Positions 40,620-51,359 of a stretch of 64,000 bases of DNA are shown piece after piece. The translations under genes were made by a program, and so were the position numbers. Below the pieces are notes generated by a model. It was given only the letters and a program-made list of their open reading frames with translations. It was not told the origin of the DNA and did not search any database. Source of the stretch: an uncultured Gammaproteobacteria bacterium (lineage in GTDB: Bacteria > Pseudomonadota > Gammaproteobacteria > JACCXJ01); contig CAVXTM010000018.1 in assembly GCA_963764725.1 (NCBI GenBank), positions 448,001 through 512,000 of the forward strand, read 5' to 3'. Positions within the stretch are counted from its first letter, which is position 1, and each line of letters starts with the position of its first letter.

Positions 40620-41610
40620 TGAAATACAGCACGCCGCTGTCACTGCGGCGCTCGAAGGCGTTCTGCAGTGCCTGAAAGCTCGAGATCCCGTGTGCATCCA
40701 GCACCACCACTTCGCCATCGAGCCAGGCGTGGTCGGCCTCGAGTTTCGACAACGCGGAGGCGACACCCCCGAGTTTGCCGGTCCAGTCGTGGCCGTTGCG
40801 GCTGTACAAACGCGCCTCACCCGCCTCGATACGGGCAAGCATCCGGTATCCGTCATATTTAATCTCGTACAACCAGTTGCCCCCCGCAGGCGGGGTTTCC
40901 ACCAGGGTTGCGAGCTGCGGAGCGATGAGGGATGGCAGAGCCACTTTGTTGCCGCGTCTGACTCGTGCTCTCTTTGTAGCCTTTTAGGCGGCGCGCTCGG
41001 GGGTGTGCGACGCGCGCGCGTCTTTCGCTCGCGGAGTGCGCGCCTTCTTGACGCTGTTCGGATGCAATGTCGTGATCTCGGCTTGCCTCCCGGCGCGCGC
41101 AGCCTCATCGCCGTGTTTGATGAGCAACCAGTTGTCGTGTTTGTCACGCCCATCGCCGCGCATGCGCACGAGCCTCCATGAGCCCTTAAGTTTCTCGCCG
41201 TCGAGTCGGAATGCGAGGCTGCCCTTGGCGTAGGCCGCTCGCGCATCGCCCTCGGGCATCCAGGTACCAAGGTCCCATAGCACGACTCTGCCCGCACCGT
41301 AATTGCCCTCGGGTATCACGCCTTCGAACTTGCCGTAGTCGAGCGGATGGTCCTCGACATGTACCGCGAGGCGTTTTTCATGCGGATCGAGGCTAGGACC
41401 TTTGGGCACCGCCCAGCTTTTCAGCGCGCCATCGAGCTCCAGGCGGAAATCGTAGTGAAGGCTCCTCGCGGCGTGCCGCTGCACGCAGAACATGAGGCCT
41501 TTGCCTGTCCTGCGCGCGCCTGTGCCCTTCGGTTCCGGTGTGTTGCGGAAATCGCGTTTGCGATAGTAACCAACGAGAGTGCCGGTACGCGCCAGCTTCA
41601 TTCGCGCCAT
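40620..41610 (-). pseudogene. ligD: NHEJ DNA ligase D (PE domain, in-frame stop, truncated ligase domain)
   Basis: Y.RKRDF.NTPEP, QRHAARSLHYDFRLE, SWAVPKGPS; TAA at 40984-40986; same frame resumes to PQLATL, EIKYDGYR, LDGEVV. Confidence 0.9.
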
Positions 41611-41694
41611 GTTGATCTGTAGGATAACCGTGCCGGTTACCTGGCAAACCGCAGGTGCCCTACAGATCTCGTCCTGGAAAAAGCGGGGCTGTAA

Positions 41695-42081
41695 TCAAGC
41701 ACGTTTGCGGCGGCGTGGTGATCCAGCGTCTTCGCGCGTATTGCGGCGACGGGAGGATTCCGAGCGCACGGTCGTCTTTTTCTTGCGTGCTGTGTCGCCC
41801 TGTTCCTTGCCCTTCAGGCTGCCCTTTAATAATGACATGAGGTCGATGATTTCGGCGCTGCGTCGCGGCTCTTTGCCCTCTTCCGGCTGCGTGACTACGG
41901 CCGATTTTCCAGCCTTGACCTTCGCCTGCACCCGCGCGAGCAGATCTTCGCGGTAGGTGTCGTGATATTGCCGCGGGTCCCACTCCCCGGTCATGTCTTC
42001 GACGAGTCGCCTCGCCATCCCGATCTCGCGCTCGTTGAGGCCGGCCTTCTTCAGGCCCAGGGCGGGGAAATGAAAGTCTTC
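41695..42081 (-). pseudogene. ku: Ku C-terminal half
   Basis: EIGMARRLVEDMTGEWDP.QYHDTYREDL, IIDLMSLLKGSL, basic tail; directly upstream of ligD. Confidence 0.85.
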
Positions 42082-42131
42082 CGTGTTCGGGAGCCCGTGC
42101 ACGCAATACGTCCAGAAATTGTGGTACTTCC

Positions 42132-43492
42132 CTGAGGTATCCCCTAGAAAATAGTTTTTCAAACAACGAGATAAAGTTGAACTGATGAGGAACCTGCATG
42201 GTGTCTGATGATCTCAAGGAAGTGTTCGAAGCTTACAGGAGGTCACACCATGCAGGCGCGAGAAGTATTACACAAATTGCTGATTCAAACGTGCGGGGAG
42301 ATGCACGCTGTGCGACGAGAGGCACTGGAGACGATGGTCTGGGCGGGTCTGACATGGCAGCGGATGACGGTAACCGGCTTGGGCCGCGCTATTGGGGGTA
42401 TCGCCCGCGAGAAGCACAACATCAAGCGCGCCGACCGTTTGCTGTCCAACCCGCACTTGCAATCCGAACGTGAGGCGATGTATGGAGTGCTGGCGCAACG
42501 GTGGGCGGGACAGCAGCAACATCCGGTGCTACTGGTTGATTGGTCCGATCTCGACGAGTGGCGACGCAATCAGGTATTGCGCGTGTCACTGCCGGTCGAG
42601 GGCCGGGCGCTTACCGTCTACGAGGAAGTGCACGGTCGCAAGACGGCGGTAAAGCCGAAGACCCATGTACAGTTTCTGTGTCGACTGCAAGCAGTGCTGC
42701 CGCCCGGGTGTCGACCCATTTTGGTGATAGACGCCGGCTTCAAGACGCCCTGGTTTCAGGCGGTGGAGGCGTTGGGATGGTACTGGGTGTCGCGGGTGCG
42801 TGACCGGCGCTATGTCAAGCTCGGTAGCGAGAGCGACTGGATATCGGTCAACTCTCTGCACCCACAGGCGAGTGCCACGCCCAGGGTCTTGGGCGAAGTG
42901 CGGTTGGCCCGTAGTCAGGCCCATGTCTGCCAACTGGTGATCTACAAAGGCAAGGCCAAGGGGCGCCATGAAATCAACCGCTACGGCAAGCGCTCACGCA
43001 GTCAGCGTAGCAAGAAGGCCGCACGAGCCGCGCGCGAGCCATGGATTTTGGCAGCCAATCTACCGGCTGACCGCAAGCTTGCCCATAGCGTGGTACAAAT
43101 CTACCGCCAACGCATGCAGATCGAAGAGAGCTTCCGCGATATGAAAAGCGCCCGGTTTGGTCTGGCGCTCGAGTTTCATCGTAGCCATGACCCACAGCGG
43201 CTGGCGATTCTGCTCCTCATCTTGGCCCTCGCGCTGCTGGTATTGTGGCTCATCGGCAGCATCGCTAAGGAACGCGGACTGATGCGTCACTATCAGGCCA
43301 ATACCGTGCGGCACCGGGAAGTTCTATCCGTGATCTTTCTCGGCATTCGTATCATCGAACGGGCGCAGGATCACTTCACAACAACCGAGTTTTGCATCGC
43401 CTGGCAAAGCATCCCACTCCGTAACGCCAAAGTCCCGAATCTTGAATCATAACGACTGTGCTCGGCGCCAATATTTCGTGGGGATCCCTCAG
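42132..43492 (+). mobile_element. IS4-family (IS10-like) element, 1361 bp
   Basis: Ends CTGAGGTATCCCC/GGGGATCCCTCAG resemble IS10 ends; 9-bp TSD GGTACTTCC (42123-42131, 43493-43501). Confidence 0.93.
42250..43452 (+). CDS. IS4/IS10-like transposase, apparently intact
   Basis: KHNIKRADRLLSN, LVDWSD, IDAGFKTPWF, YRQRMQIEESFRDMK (YREK-like), YQANTVR. Confidence 0.92.
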   Translation: MQAREVLHKLLIQTCGEMHAVRREALETMVWAGLTWQRMTVTGLGRAIGGIAREKHNIKRADRLLSNPHLQSEREAMYGVLAQRWAGQQQHPVLLVDWSDLDEWRRNQVLRVSLPVEGRALTVYEEVHGRKTAVKPKTHVQFLCRLQAVLPPGCRPILVIDAGFKTPWFQAVEALGWYWVSRVRDRRYVKLGSESDWISVNSLHPQASATPRVLGEVRLARSQAHVCQLVIYKGKAKGRHEINRYGKRSRSQRSKKAARAAREPWILAANLPADRKLAHSVVQIYRQRMQIEESFRDMKSARFGLALEFHRSHDPQRLAILLLILALALLVLWLIGSIAKERGLMRHYQANTVRHREVLSVIFLGIRIIERAQDHFTTTEFCIAWQSIPLRNAKVPNLES

Positions 43493-44052
43493 GGTACTTC
43501 CTCTGTTCGCCGTCAGTGATAACCGGTGAGCCCGTGGCCTCAAACCGCTCAATGGTATCTCGAATCGCCTCCTCGTAGAGCGGGTCCAATGCTGGGTCCA
43601 TGCCATCTCTTGTCGCGACCGCCTCGATTAGCCGAAGGGGCCTTGGGATACTCCCGATTGGCTCGGTTGAGATTGTCATACGTGTGACTCGCTTTTCTGA
43701 TTTTTGCCCCCCGAGTACACAATCAGAATTTTAAAAGCCCTTTTGCCTCAGAAGCAAAAATACGACTGTACCGGTAGGCTGTCAAACGTGGGCGGTATGG
43801 GGCCGGATCGGTAAAATTATCGGGCCATTGGGCGACTGGGTTCGCCAAGTACCCGGCATTATGGCGTCTTAAGGGAGTCAGGCTCGACCAATTTCGACAA
43901 TCGCTTCTTTCGGTTGAACGACGAGGCGAACTTGACATCCGCCGAAACCGATCCGGAGGCCGCGCTCGCGTGCAGACACTGGACGAGGAAAGGAGACCGA
44001 CGAGGGTCTGACAGCATTGGGGAAGCCTCGAAACCGGAGATGAAACATCGCC

Positions 44053-44508
44053 ATGAATCGGTTTATCGAACGCCATCAAGTGAAGATCACCGCGGTGCTC
44101 TCTTGTTTTGACCGCATCGTGATTACCGTCATACTGTCTGGGATTGGTCATGCCGAAGGCATGGCCCGGTATCTGAGCGGACGCGAGTTTCGGCTCTTTG
44201 ACTATCCGCGCTGGGCGGAGCCGCTGCGAGAGGAGCTTCGGACCCATGCCGAGCGGTTGGCCACGGAGGCTTCTTTGGAAATCGAGTCCCTTCGGAATTA
44301 CAAGGTGTTTCGTAAGGGCGGATCAAGGCGATTTTGGTTTCGCGCGGGAGCACCCGGGGCTAGTGCATATCTCCTCGGCGATGGAGGCCGTCCTTCGTAT
44401 TGCCCTGTCATGACAAGCTCCAGTATACGATCCGCTTGGAGTCCACCCCGGCAAGTGTCTGCACGATTAGTTCTATTTCATTGCCACAACCTCGCGCGCA
44501 GCGCTTGA
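44053..44508 (+). pseudogene. N-terminal remnant of a putative transposase (family uncertain)
   Basis: LSCFDRIVIT...AEGM..YL....RLFDYPRWAEPLRE recalled as an IS-associated protein; frameshifts and ends early. Confidence 0.5.
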
Positions 44509-44855
44509 CCCAGGCATTCGCTGTACGGTTTACAAGGGCAACGGTAATCTTTACCTCATCTCCTCGCAAAAATGTATTTTTATTCTATTCGCACTAGCCC
44601 CAGGTGCGTGATCGCTAAGGCAATAGCAGGTAACAGAAGCCTATGGCATATCTGTTGCGCACCCTGAACCGAGCGGGTGATGTAGCGCCAGCGTCTCTAA
44701 CCACAGGGCGTGACCAGTCGCGGTGGGCGAGCAACAGCGAAAAGGTAGACGAAGCAAGACGGGAGCATAACGGCTCGAGTCTTACGCGTGGTTCACGCCG
44801 CACATCGATCAATCAACGCAGGTACGCTCTGCGTCACTTTATAGAGGAGGCACCT

Positions 44856-45059
44856 ATGACGACACTGATACTCTTGGGCATCGGCGCTACGCTGATGTAT
44901 TTCTTTGATCCCGATTCGGGCCGGCCGCGCCGCGTACGTTTGCGCGACCGATGCACGAGCGCCACTAAAAAATTCCAGGGCTCGGTCCGCACCCCTGCGC
45001 CAGTGATCCCGGAAACACCACCGGAGGCTTGGGACGACCAACCGCCGATGAAATTCTAG
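44856..45059 (+). CDS. Small YtxH-like membrane-anchored protein
   Basis: GAGGAGG RBS, LGIGATLMYFFDPDSGR.RR..LRDR. Confidence 0.6.
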   Translation: MTTLILLGIGATLMYFFDPDSGRPRRVRLRDRCTSATKKFQGSVRTPAPVIPETPPEAWDDQPPMKF

Positions 45060-45102
45060 TGAATCGGGTGCAGACAGCGCCTCGGCCGACATTTATTTTA
45101 TT

Positions 45103-46485
45103 GGCTCATCGTGAAAGTGAGTGGGTAGAAAATGGTGTTTTCACAGTACCGGCAGCATGCAGGTAAGCACCTTGAGGCGCAGGTAATCCTCGTCGCGGAG
45201 TCCGTAGGCGCGGCGCTGGATGACGCGGATCTTGTTGTTGAGTCCTTCGACGAATCCGAGAGAGATCTTGTTCTCTGGTTTGCAATAAGCAGCGATCCCA
45301 TCCCAATGGCGCTCGATCATCTCGGCGAATTTCTCGTACGGTTTCAGACGCTGCCATTTAAGCGCGTTACGCCAGTTCTCGAAGAAACGTCGCGCCCACG
45401 CTTCACGCTCGTAGCTCCACAATTGGCCGAAAGATTCCTTGAGCAGATAAGCAGTGTTCAGCCGCTTGTTGGCGGCGAGGAGCCTCTTCAAGGCAGCTCG
45501 ACCATCGAGGGTCAGATTCTCCCGCCGGGAGAGCAGGGTATATTTTTGGCCCTTGATGTAGGTACGTTTCTCGCCGCTGAGTCGGGCGTACTCCCCCTTG
45601 CGGACCTTATCGAGCGCTTCGCCCAGATGACGCGTCACGTGAAATTTGTCGAACAGGATAGCCGCCTGGGGCGCTTGTTCTCTGGTGCTGTTGCGAAACG
45701 GCTTCCACATATCCATCACAGCCAAGCGCACCCCCTTGGTTTTACGCGGCCCCAGCCATTTGAAGAATTCGTCCATGCTGGCCTGAGAGCGGTCAGTCCC
45801 GCCAAACCAGATCGGTCGGCCACGGAGGAGATCGCTGACCACGATGCGATAGGTGTGACCTTTGCGGATGGCGATCTCATCGATGCCGATAACCGCAGGT
45901 CCTGGCCGGCCAGCCCGTGCAAGCTGCGCACCCATGTATTGCTTGTCCAACTCCTTGACCGTCTGCCAGTCGAGATCCAACTCATCGGCCACCGCCTTGA
46001 TGGTGCTCGTGCGCCAGCGCCGCCCGACGTAGAAAGCAAAGCGCTTGGTGTAGAAAGGGTTGTCGGCCAGAAAGTCCAGACGCTCGCGCTTCACCTTGCC
46101 GCACTGCCGGCAATCCACACGCCGGACCTCCAACTCCAGCCGCACGTGCGTATCCCCGCAGGAGAGATCTCGAACCTGCCGCAGCTTCTTGTCGTACCAA
46201 CCGCGATGCAACGTACCGCAGACTCCACAGCGTGTTTTTTTGAGCGTCGTACGAGCGTGACGATGCGGACCTTCGGTTCCCCGAAAACCCCGCGTACCGT
46301 TGCTTGTGGACGAAAGCCGTCAAAGGCGTATGTGTCGGTGAGACGACGAGAGCGTTTGCGTTGGGTAGCCATCGCCACAGCATGCCAGAAATTACCGTCC
46401 CTTCAACCGGGCGTAATCCCTTGCGGAGCAAGCCTTGCAGCGTGATCATGGAAACAAAATTACCCACACGTTTTCACGAAGACCC
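45103..46485 (-). mobile_element. ISL3-family element, copy 2 (1383 bp, near-identical, inverted)
   Basis: Same IRs; own 8-bp TSD ATTTTATT (45095-45102, 46486-46493). Confidence 0.95.
45141..46372 (-). CDS. ISL3 transposase, same -1 frameshift site (46235-46241)
   Basis: Protein matches copy 1 except RRCRT vs RRWRT. Confidence 0.88.
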
Positions 46486-46507
46486 ATTTTATTTTAGGAG
46501 AACGACA

Positions 46508-46585
46508 ATGGGCAAATATTTTATTGGATGGCTTCTGGGTGTACCTGCCATCGTGCTGGTCATTATTTATCTTGTTATGAATTGA
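46508..46585 (+). CDS. 25-aa single-helix membrane protein
   Basis: AGGAG RBS, MGKYFIGWLLGVPAIVLVIIYLVMN. Confidence 0.65.
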   Translation: MGKYFIGWLLGVPAIVLVIIYLVMN

Positions 46586-46843
46586 CCAGGGTTGGTACTC
46601 ATCCGCAATGCCAAGGGTTTGCAACGTCTTTTGCCCGGGCTATCGCACAACATTGCTTTGTCGAGTGCACCGATCTGAAGTGAATCATTGCTTAAGACGG
46701 TCCATCGTTGCGAGGAGGAAAAGACATGCCAGACGACGGCGGTGATGATGATGAGAAAGGTAGGGCATGAGAGAGACCCAAAGGATCATTCACAACCGCG
46801 ACCACCGACAAAAGATATTGAGTAGAGGAGCCAATATGCCAAT

Positions 46844-47272
46844 ATGAATACTCGATTAATGCTACTCCTAGCGATTGTTGTAATGACCGGTAACGGTGTT
46901 GTGTGGGGAGCTAACAACGAAACCTCCCCCACCGCGGAAAGCTCCTCACCCGAGCCAGTTACTTCGGATGTGGAGAATACTGAACGGAATGTGCGCGACA
47001 AAAGTGGCGCTACTCTGACTCCAGAAAATCAGGTCGAGGGCGACGACGGTGACCGCAAGATAACAGCGGAAATACGCCGTGCTGTAGTGGCGGATGACTC
47101 GCTTTCTCTGAATGCCCACAATGTAAAGATCATCACGCTTAATAGAATAGTGACTCTTAGGGGGCCTGTTGAAAGCGAAGCAGAGAAGACCACGATCGAT
47201 ACACTGGCGCGACAAGCTGCCGGTGTAAAGCAGGTTCAGAACCAACTCGAGATAGAACGTCAAACTGACTAA
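46844..47272 (+). CDS. BON-domain (OsmY-like) exported protein
   Basis: Signal peptide, D.KITAEIRRAV..D.SLS.NAHNVKIIT, VTLRGPV.SE.EK, V.NQLEI. Confidence 0.9.
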   Translation: MNTRLMLLLAIVVMTGNGVVWGANNETSPTAESSSPEPVTSDVENTERNVRDKSGATLTPENQVEGDDGDRKITAEIRRAVVADDSLSLNAHNVKIITLNRIVTLRGPVESEAEKTTIDTLARQAAGVKQVQNQLEIERQTD

Positions 47273-47306
47273 CAGCAAAACTGTATTTGAACTTAGGAGG
47301 AACATC

Positions 47307-47825
47307 ATGAAAAAAGCTGTTTTCTGTATCGCTAAGACTCAAAGCCAAGCGGAAGCGATAGTAGATCAACTTAAAGTAGCGGGCTTTGCGAACGACGATA
47401 TATCGGCCTTGTTCCCTGATAAGGGCACTAGCAAAGATTTTGCTCACGAGAAGCACACCAAAGCCCCTGAAGGGGCTGCCACCGGGGGTGCGGTGGGGCT
47501 AGGCGTGGGCGGCGTATTGGGATTGCTGGCGGGACTCGGAAGTCTGGTTATTCCCGGGGTTGGCCCATTCATTGCCGCCGGCCCTATCATGGGCGCCCTG
47601 AGCGGAGCAGCGGTGGGCGGCGCAACTGGGGGAATAATAGGAGCGCTGGTTGGACTGGGAATTCCAGAATATGAGGCGAAGCGGTACGAAGGGAAAGTCC
47701 GTGACGGAAATATATTGATCTCGGTTCATACCGATGATGGCAATCAGCGGAAACGGGCCAAAGACATTTTTGAGAGGGCAAACGCGGACGATATTTCAAC
47801 GACCGGGGAAGCGGGCGTAAGCTAG
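47307..47825 (+). CDS. General stress protein (glycine-zipper type)
   Basis: L..AGF..DDIS, KAPEGAATGG, IPGVGPFIAAGP, GALVGLGIPEYEAKRYE. Confidence 0.8.
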   Translation: MKKAVFCIAKTQSQAEAIVDQLKVAGFANDDISALFPDKGTSKDFAHEKHTKAPEGAATGGAVGLGVGGVLGLLAGLGSLVIPGVGPFIAAGPIMGALSGAAVGGATGGIIGALVGLGIPEYEAKRYEGKVRDGNILISVHTDDGNQRKRAKDIFERANADDISTTGEAGVS

Positions 47826-47960
47826 AAAACGTACGCTGTGAGGCAACTCCGGATCCCGTCGATGTTCCTGGAATAATTTATTCCCGACGTGATACTGTAT
47901 GCAAAAACAACCGATATGTTCTGCTAGGGCTTCCTCAGGTTGGTCGGCGTGGCGCGCGTG

Positions 47961-48287
47961 GTCGGGTAGAAACGGGGCGCAGGCACGGAGCTTTCGCAGG
48001 GTCACGTTTACCCGAAGCCCTTCGATCCCCGACGGCCCGATTTCCAGGGTCCGGTTCTGACCTGGGCATGGGAGTAGTGGCCTTCCCAGGCTTAAATGTC
48101 CGGCACATTTACACCCAGCTTTTGACAGGGTTTACCAAACCGCTTGTCTTAATCAGCAATCCTAATGCGACACCCAGTGCCCAGGGGTCCTTCGCCGAGG
48201 AAAGGGGTTAACCTGTCATCGAGTGTGGTGAACCCATACCTAGGAGAACGTTACTCCTCCCCCTCGCTCCTACGACCCCATGCGCCC
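47961..48287 (-). ncRNA. Group II intron remnant (DII-DVI, no RT ORF, 5'-truncated)
   Basis: Minus strand: GGGGTCGTAGGAGCGA, GGCGAAGGACCC (DIII-like), DV-like GAACCGGACCCTGGAAATCGGGCCGTCGGGGATC, 3' end TTCTACCCGAC. Confidence 0.65.
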
Positions 48288-48344
48288 CCTGAATCCAGCG
48301 GTTCAGTTCAATCCACTGTTAGGTGACAAGCGGGATACAGTGCC

Positions 48345-49247
48345 ATGAGCAAGCTGCAAGATAGACATCTCGAGTTCTTCTTTGAGGTTTCCATCGATCT
48401 GATGTGCATCGCCGGAGTGGATCGCTACTTTAAGCGCGTAAACCCGGCATTTACGAAAGCGCTGGGCTGGACTGCCGAGGAACTACTTGCCAAACCCTTC
48501 ATAGAATTTGTTCATCCCGCCGACCGAGAACGCACAGTCAATGAAGTGAGACGTCTCGCCAGTGGCATCGACACAGTTAATTTCGAGAACCGGTATCTGA
48601 AAAAAGATGGTTCATGGGCGTGGTTAGGCTGGACTTGCCCAGCGGCAACACCGGGAAACGGGCTGTTATACGGAGTTGCCCGCGACATCTCGGAGCAAAA
48701 GAAAATTCGAGAGCGTTTGGTCCAACTCGCCACCTACGACAGCCTGACGGGCTTACCTAACCGGGCATTGTTCTTAGTGGAGGCTGCTCGGGCCGCCTCG
48801 CGCTGTAACCGTACCCGTACAGGAATGGCGGTGTTGTACCTTGATCTTGATGGCTTCAAGCCCATCAACGATGAACTCGGCCACGATGCTGGTGATACTG
48901 TGCTTCGTGAAGCTGCCCAGCGCATCGCATCATGTATCCGAGACGGTGACCTGGCTGCTCGCCTTGGCGGTGACGAGTTCGCGGCCATTTTGCAAGCCAG
49001 CTCCGCATATCCGCGGACGGTAGCGCAACGAATGATTGACGCCATCGGTCAGCCCATCGCTGTGCACGGTCGCAGCTGTCGACTCTCTGCGAGTATCGGT
49101 TTGGCCATCTCGGATGTCGCCCCGGTCCCCAATGGTGTGGAGCAATTGGTCAAATGTGCTGACCTGGCAATGTATGATGCAAAAAGGGGCGGAGGGAACC
49201 GTTATGTTGTTTATGCCCCATGGTCTTCGACAATTAACTCAGAATAA
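48345..49247 (+). CDS. PAS-GGDEF diguanylate cyclase
   Basis: VNPAF...LGW..EEL, FVHPADR, D.LTGLPNR, DLDGFKPIND, RDGD I-site, GGDEF, ADLAMY.AK. Confidence 0.93.
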   Translation: MSKLQDRHLEFFFEVSIDLMCIAGVDRYFKRVNPAFTKALGWTAEELLAKPFIEFVHPADRERTVNEVRRLASGIDTVNFENRYLKKDGSWAWLGWTCPAATPGNGLLYGVARDISEQKKIRERLVQLATYDSLTGLPNRALFLVEAARAASRCNRTRTGMAVLYLDLDGFKPINDELGHDAGDTVLREAAQRIASCIRDGDLAARLGGDEFAAILQASSAYPRTVAQRMIDAIGQPIAVHGRSCRLSASIGLAISDVAPVPNGVEQLVKCADLAMYDAKRGGGNRYVVYAPWSSTINSE

Positions 49248-49639
49248 ATATCACCGGTTCTGTCAATTTGCGATCGCTGTTCCTTTTTATTCGTGATTAT
49301 CACGCAGAGAAACGCTGTACAATTTCTAACAGGCGCACGCCACCTGTGCCCATGTAGAAAAAGGCAATGGATAATGGAACTCAACGCTTCTAACCTGGCG
49401 CGCATATGATCAAGCATTTAAGAATTGCATGTTTCGCTCCGCTGTTGTTCGTAATGTCCGGCTGCGGGGTCATCGGGGACGTTTTTGAGACGGGTATGTG
49501 GACCGGCATTATCATTACGGTCGCCATAATTGCACTCATCGTCTTCGTGGTTCGGAAGAGTCAAAGTAAATAGTCTTTGCCTCCTTAGCAGAATTTGTGA
49601 GTCCCGTCGAAATGCGATGCCCCACCGCAAGCCCAGTCG

Positions 49640-49867
49640 CGTTCTAGGTATGTCGGTATTCGCGGCATTGGATCGATCTACCTGATGTTCACGATCCATC
49701 TCGGTTTGCCCCGGCCCCTGGCCGATGAAATCATTGCCATCACCTTGGACCCGGTGGCCGTCTCCATCGTACCTTACGGGATATCCGTGACGCCGCTGGT
49801 GAATCACTACGCAAAAAGAAAGCTGCTGAGGAGCAAGCGTGCCTCCCCCAACAAACCACCGAGCTAA
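49640..49867 (+). pseudogene. Cation:proton antiporter C-terminal fragment
   Basis: GIRGIGSIY then (frameshift) LMFTIHLGLP...SIV.YGISVTPL; paralog of 51360-52672. Confidence 0.65.
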
Positions 49868-49868
49868 G

Positions 49869-50822
49869 CTAAACCTCTACCCCGGGCGGGGAACATAAGA
49901 GCGCATCCCTGTCTACCATCACCCGCGCGCAGCAGACCAGGCGCGTGCAACGTGGCGCCTCGTGCTCGACGCGACGCCGCGCGCCCAAAGCTTGATCGAA
50001 ATAATTGGCAACATCACCGCCGGCAAAAACGTCGGGATGGCTCGTGCGCAGAGATTGATCGACGACAATACCGTTATCAACCTTCAAACCTGCCGCAACG
50101 GCGAGTTCAACATTCGGCACGATGCCGATACCGGCGACAACGCCATTGGCGTGGATGCGACGATTATTTTTCGTCACGAGCGTCAAATTCACGCCTGTAC
50201 CTTCCAAGCTAACGACGGATTCTCCAGTGATCACTTCAACTCCTTTTTGGCGATAATAATCGTTAAAGAAGGCAACCGCCTCCGCCGGAAAAAGGCGAGC
50301 ACAAATGCCGTTCTCGGGCGTGATGAGCGAAACCTTCCTGCCGTTCATCGCGAGCGCGGCCGTCACTTCGGAACCGATGAAGCCGCCGCCAATCACGGCA
50401 AAAGTCTCGTGCTGCTTGGCCAACTCCTGCAAGCGTTGATAATCCGCGAGCGTGCGGAAATAGATAACGTCATCGCCGCCGAATGGCAAGCGTCGCGTTG
50501 TTCCGCCCGTTGCCAGCAACAGCTTGTCGAACGTGTGCGTGTCGCCGTGATCGTCATGCACTTGTTTGCCGGATAGATCGAGTCTTTGCGTGACACCGCC
50601 AAGATGATACGTTACGTTTGCGTGCGTCGCAGGTCGCATAATTTCTTCCAACGTTTTTTTCCCGGTCCAAAGCGCTTTCGATAAAGGCGGGCGATCATAC
50701 GGTTTGACTGTTTCGGCTGTGATCACGCCGATCGTGCCATTGGCATCGGTTTCGCGAATGCCATCGATCGCCGACGCCGCGGTCATGCCGCCGCCGATGA
50801 TGAAGTAGGTGTAATGAGCCAT
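49869..50822 (-). pseudogene. NAD(P)/FAD-dependent oxidoreductase (ferredoxin-reductase-like), C-terminally truncated
   Basis: IGGGMTA, PYDRPPLSK, LLLATGG, IGGGFIGSE, TSHPDVFAGGD; family-like sequence ends at RRVEHE. Confidence 0.75.
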
Positions 50823-50939
50823 TGCATTTCTCCTGAAGTTAGGCGACGAATAGTGTCATGGCCTTTGATTAAGGTCTACGCATGCAAACATAACCCAAGA
50901 GGCAGGAGGTTTGTCTTTGCTCAGGCGTAATTAGGGCAT

Positions 50940-51075
50940 CGGCATGCAGGCTAAAGCCCTCCGCGTTGACGCAGCGTTGTTCTGTGGGCGGAGCCTCTTG
51001 GCTGGGGATTTGTAATGTCAGCACTTTTTGTCCCGTCCGGGGCTCGAGCGCAATGCGGTAGGTGCAAGCCACCGC
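50940..51075 (-). pseudogene. IS91/ISCR-like transposase fragment
   Basis: ACTYRIAL.PR.GQKVLTLQ...C.NAEGFSLHA. Confidence 0.7.
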
Positions 51076-51359
51076 TTGCGGCGGTATATAGTCGTTGACG
51101 CAAGGAACAGGGCCGGCCGACGCCAGCCCTCTCTCTTCGGCCTCGCGTGCACAGCCTGCCACAATTCACCCCTCACTGCAGCCGTGCAAGCGGGCTACTG
51201 AGTGGTAGTGTAGGTAGCCATGAATGAGCTATTGCCCTGATCGCTCACCTGCTCACGACGTTAATCAACCTTGCGTGACGTGCCGGTGCAACTGCAAGGC
51301 CTATGGGTGCGGCCGAGCGCCGACATCGTCGTGATGGCGCACCCGCCGGGGGCTGAGGC

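Larger units (their letters stand above)
42082..43679 (-). pseudogene. Cobalamin-independent methionine synthase II-like N-terminus, interrupted by IS4 and fused to ku
   Basis: TEPIGSIPRP...TGSPVITDGEQRKY before the IS; HNFWTYCVHGLPNT continues after it. Confidence 0.75.

Noticed and set aside
39182-46485. Composite transposon formed by the two inverted ISL3 copies
   Set aside because: Each copy has its own different 8-bp TSD (TTAAAAAC; ATTTTATT), so they are independent insertions and the segment between them has not been moved or inverted.
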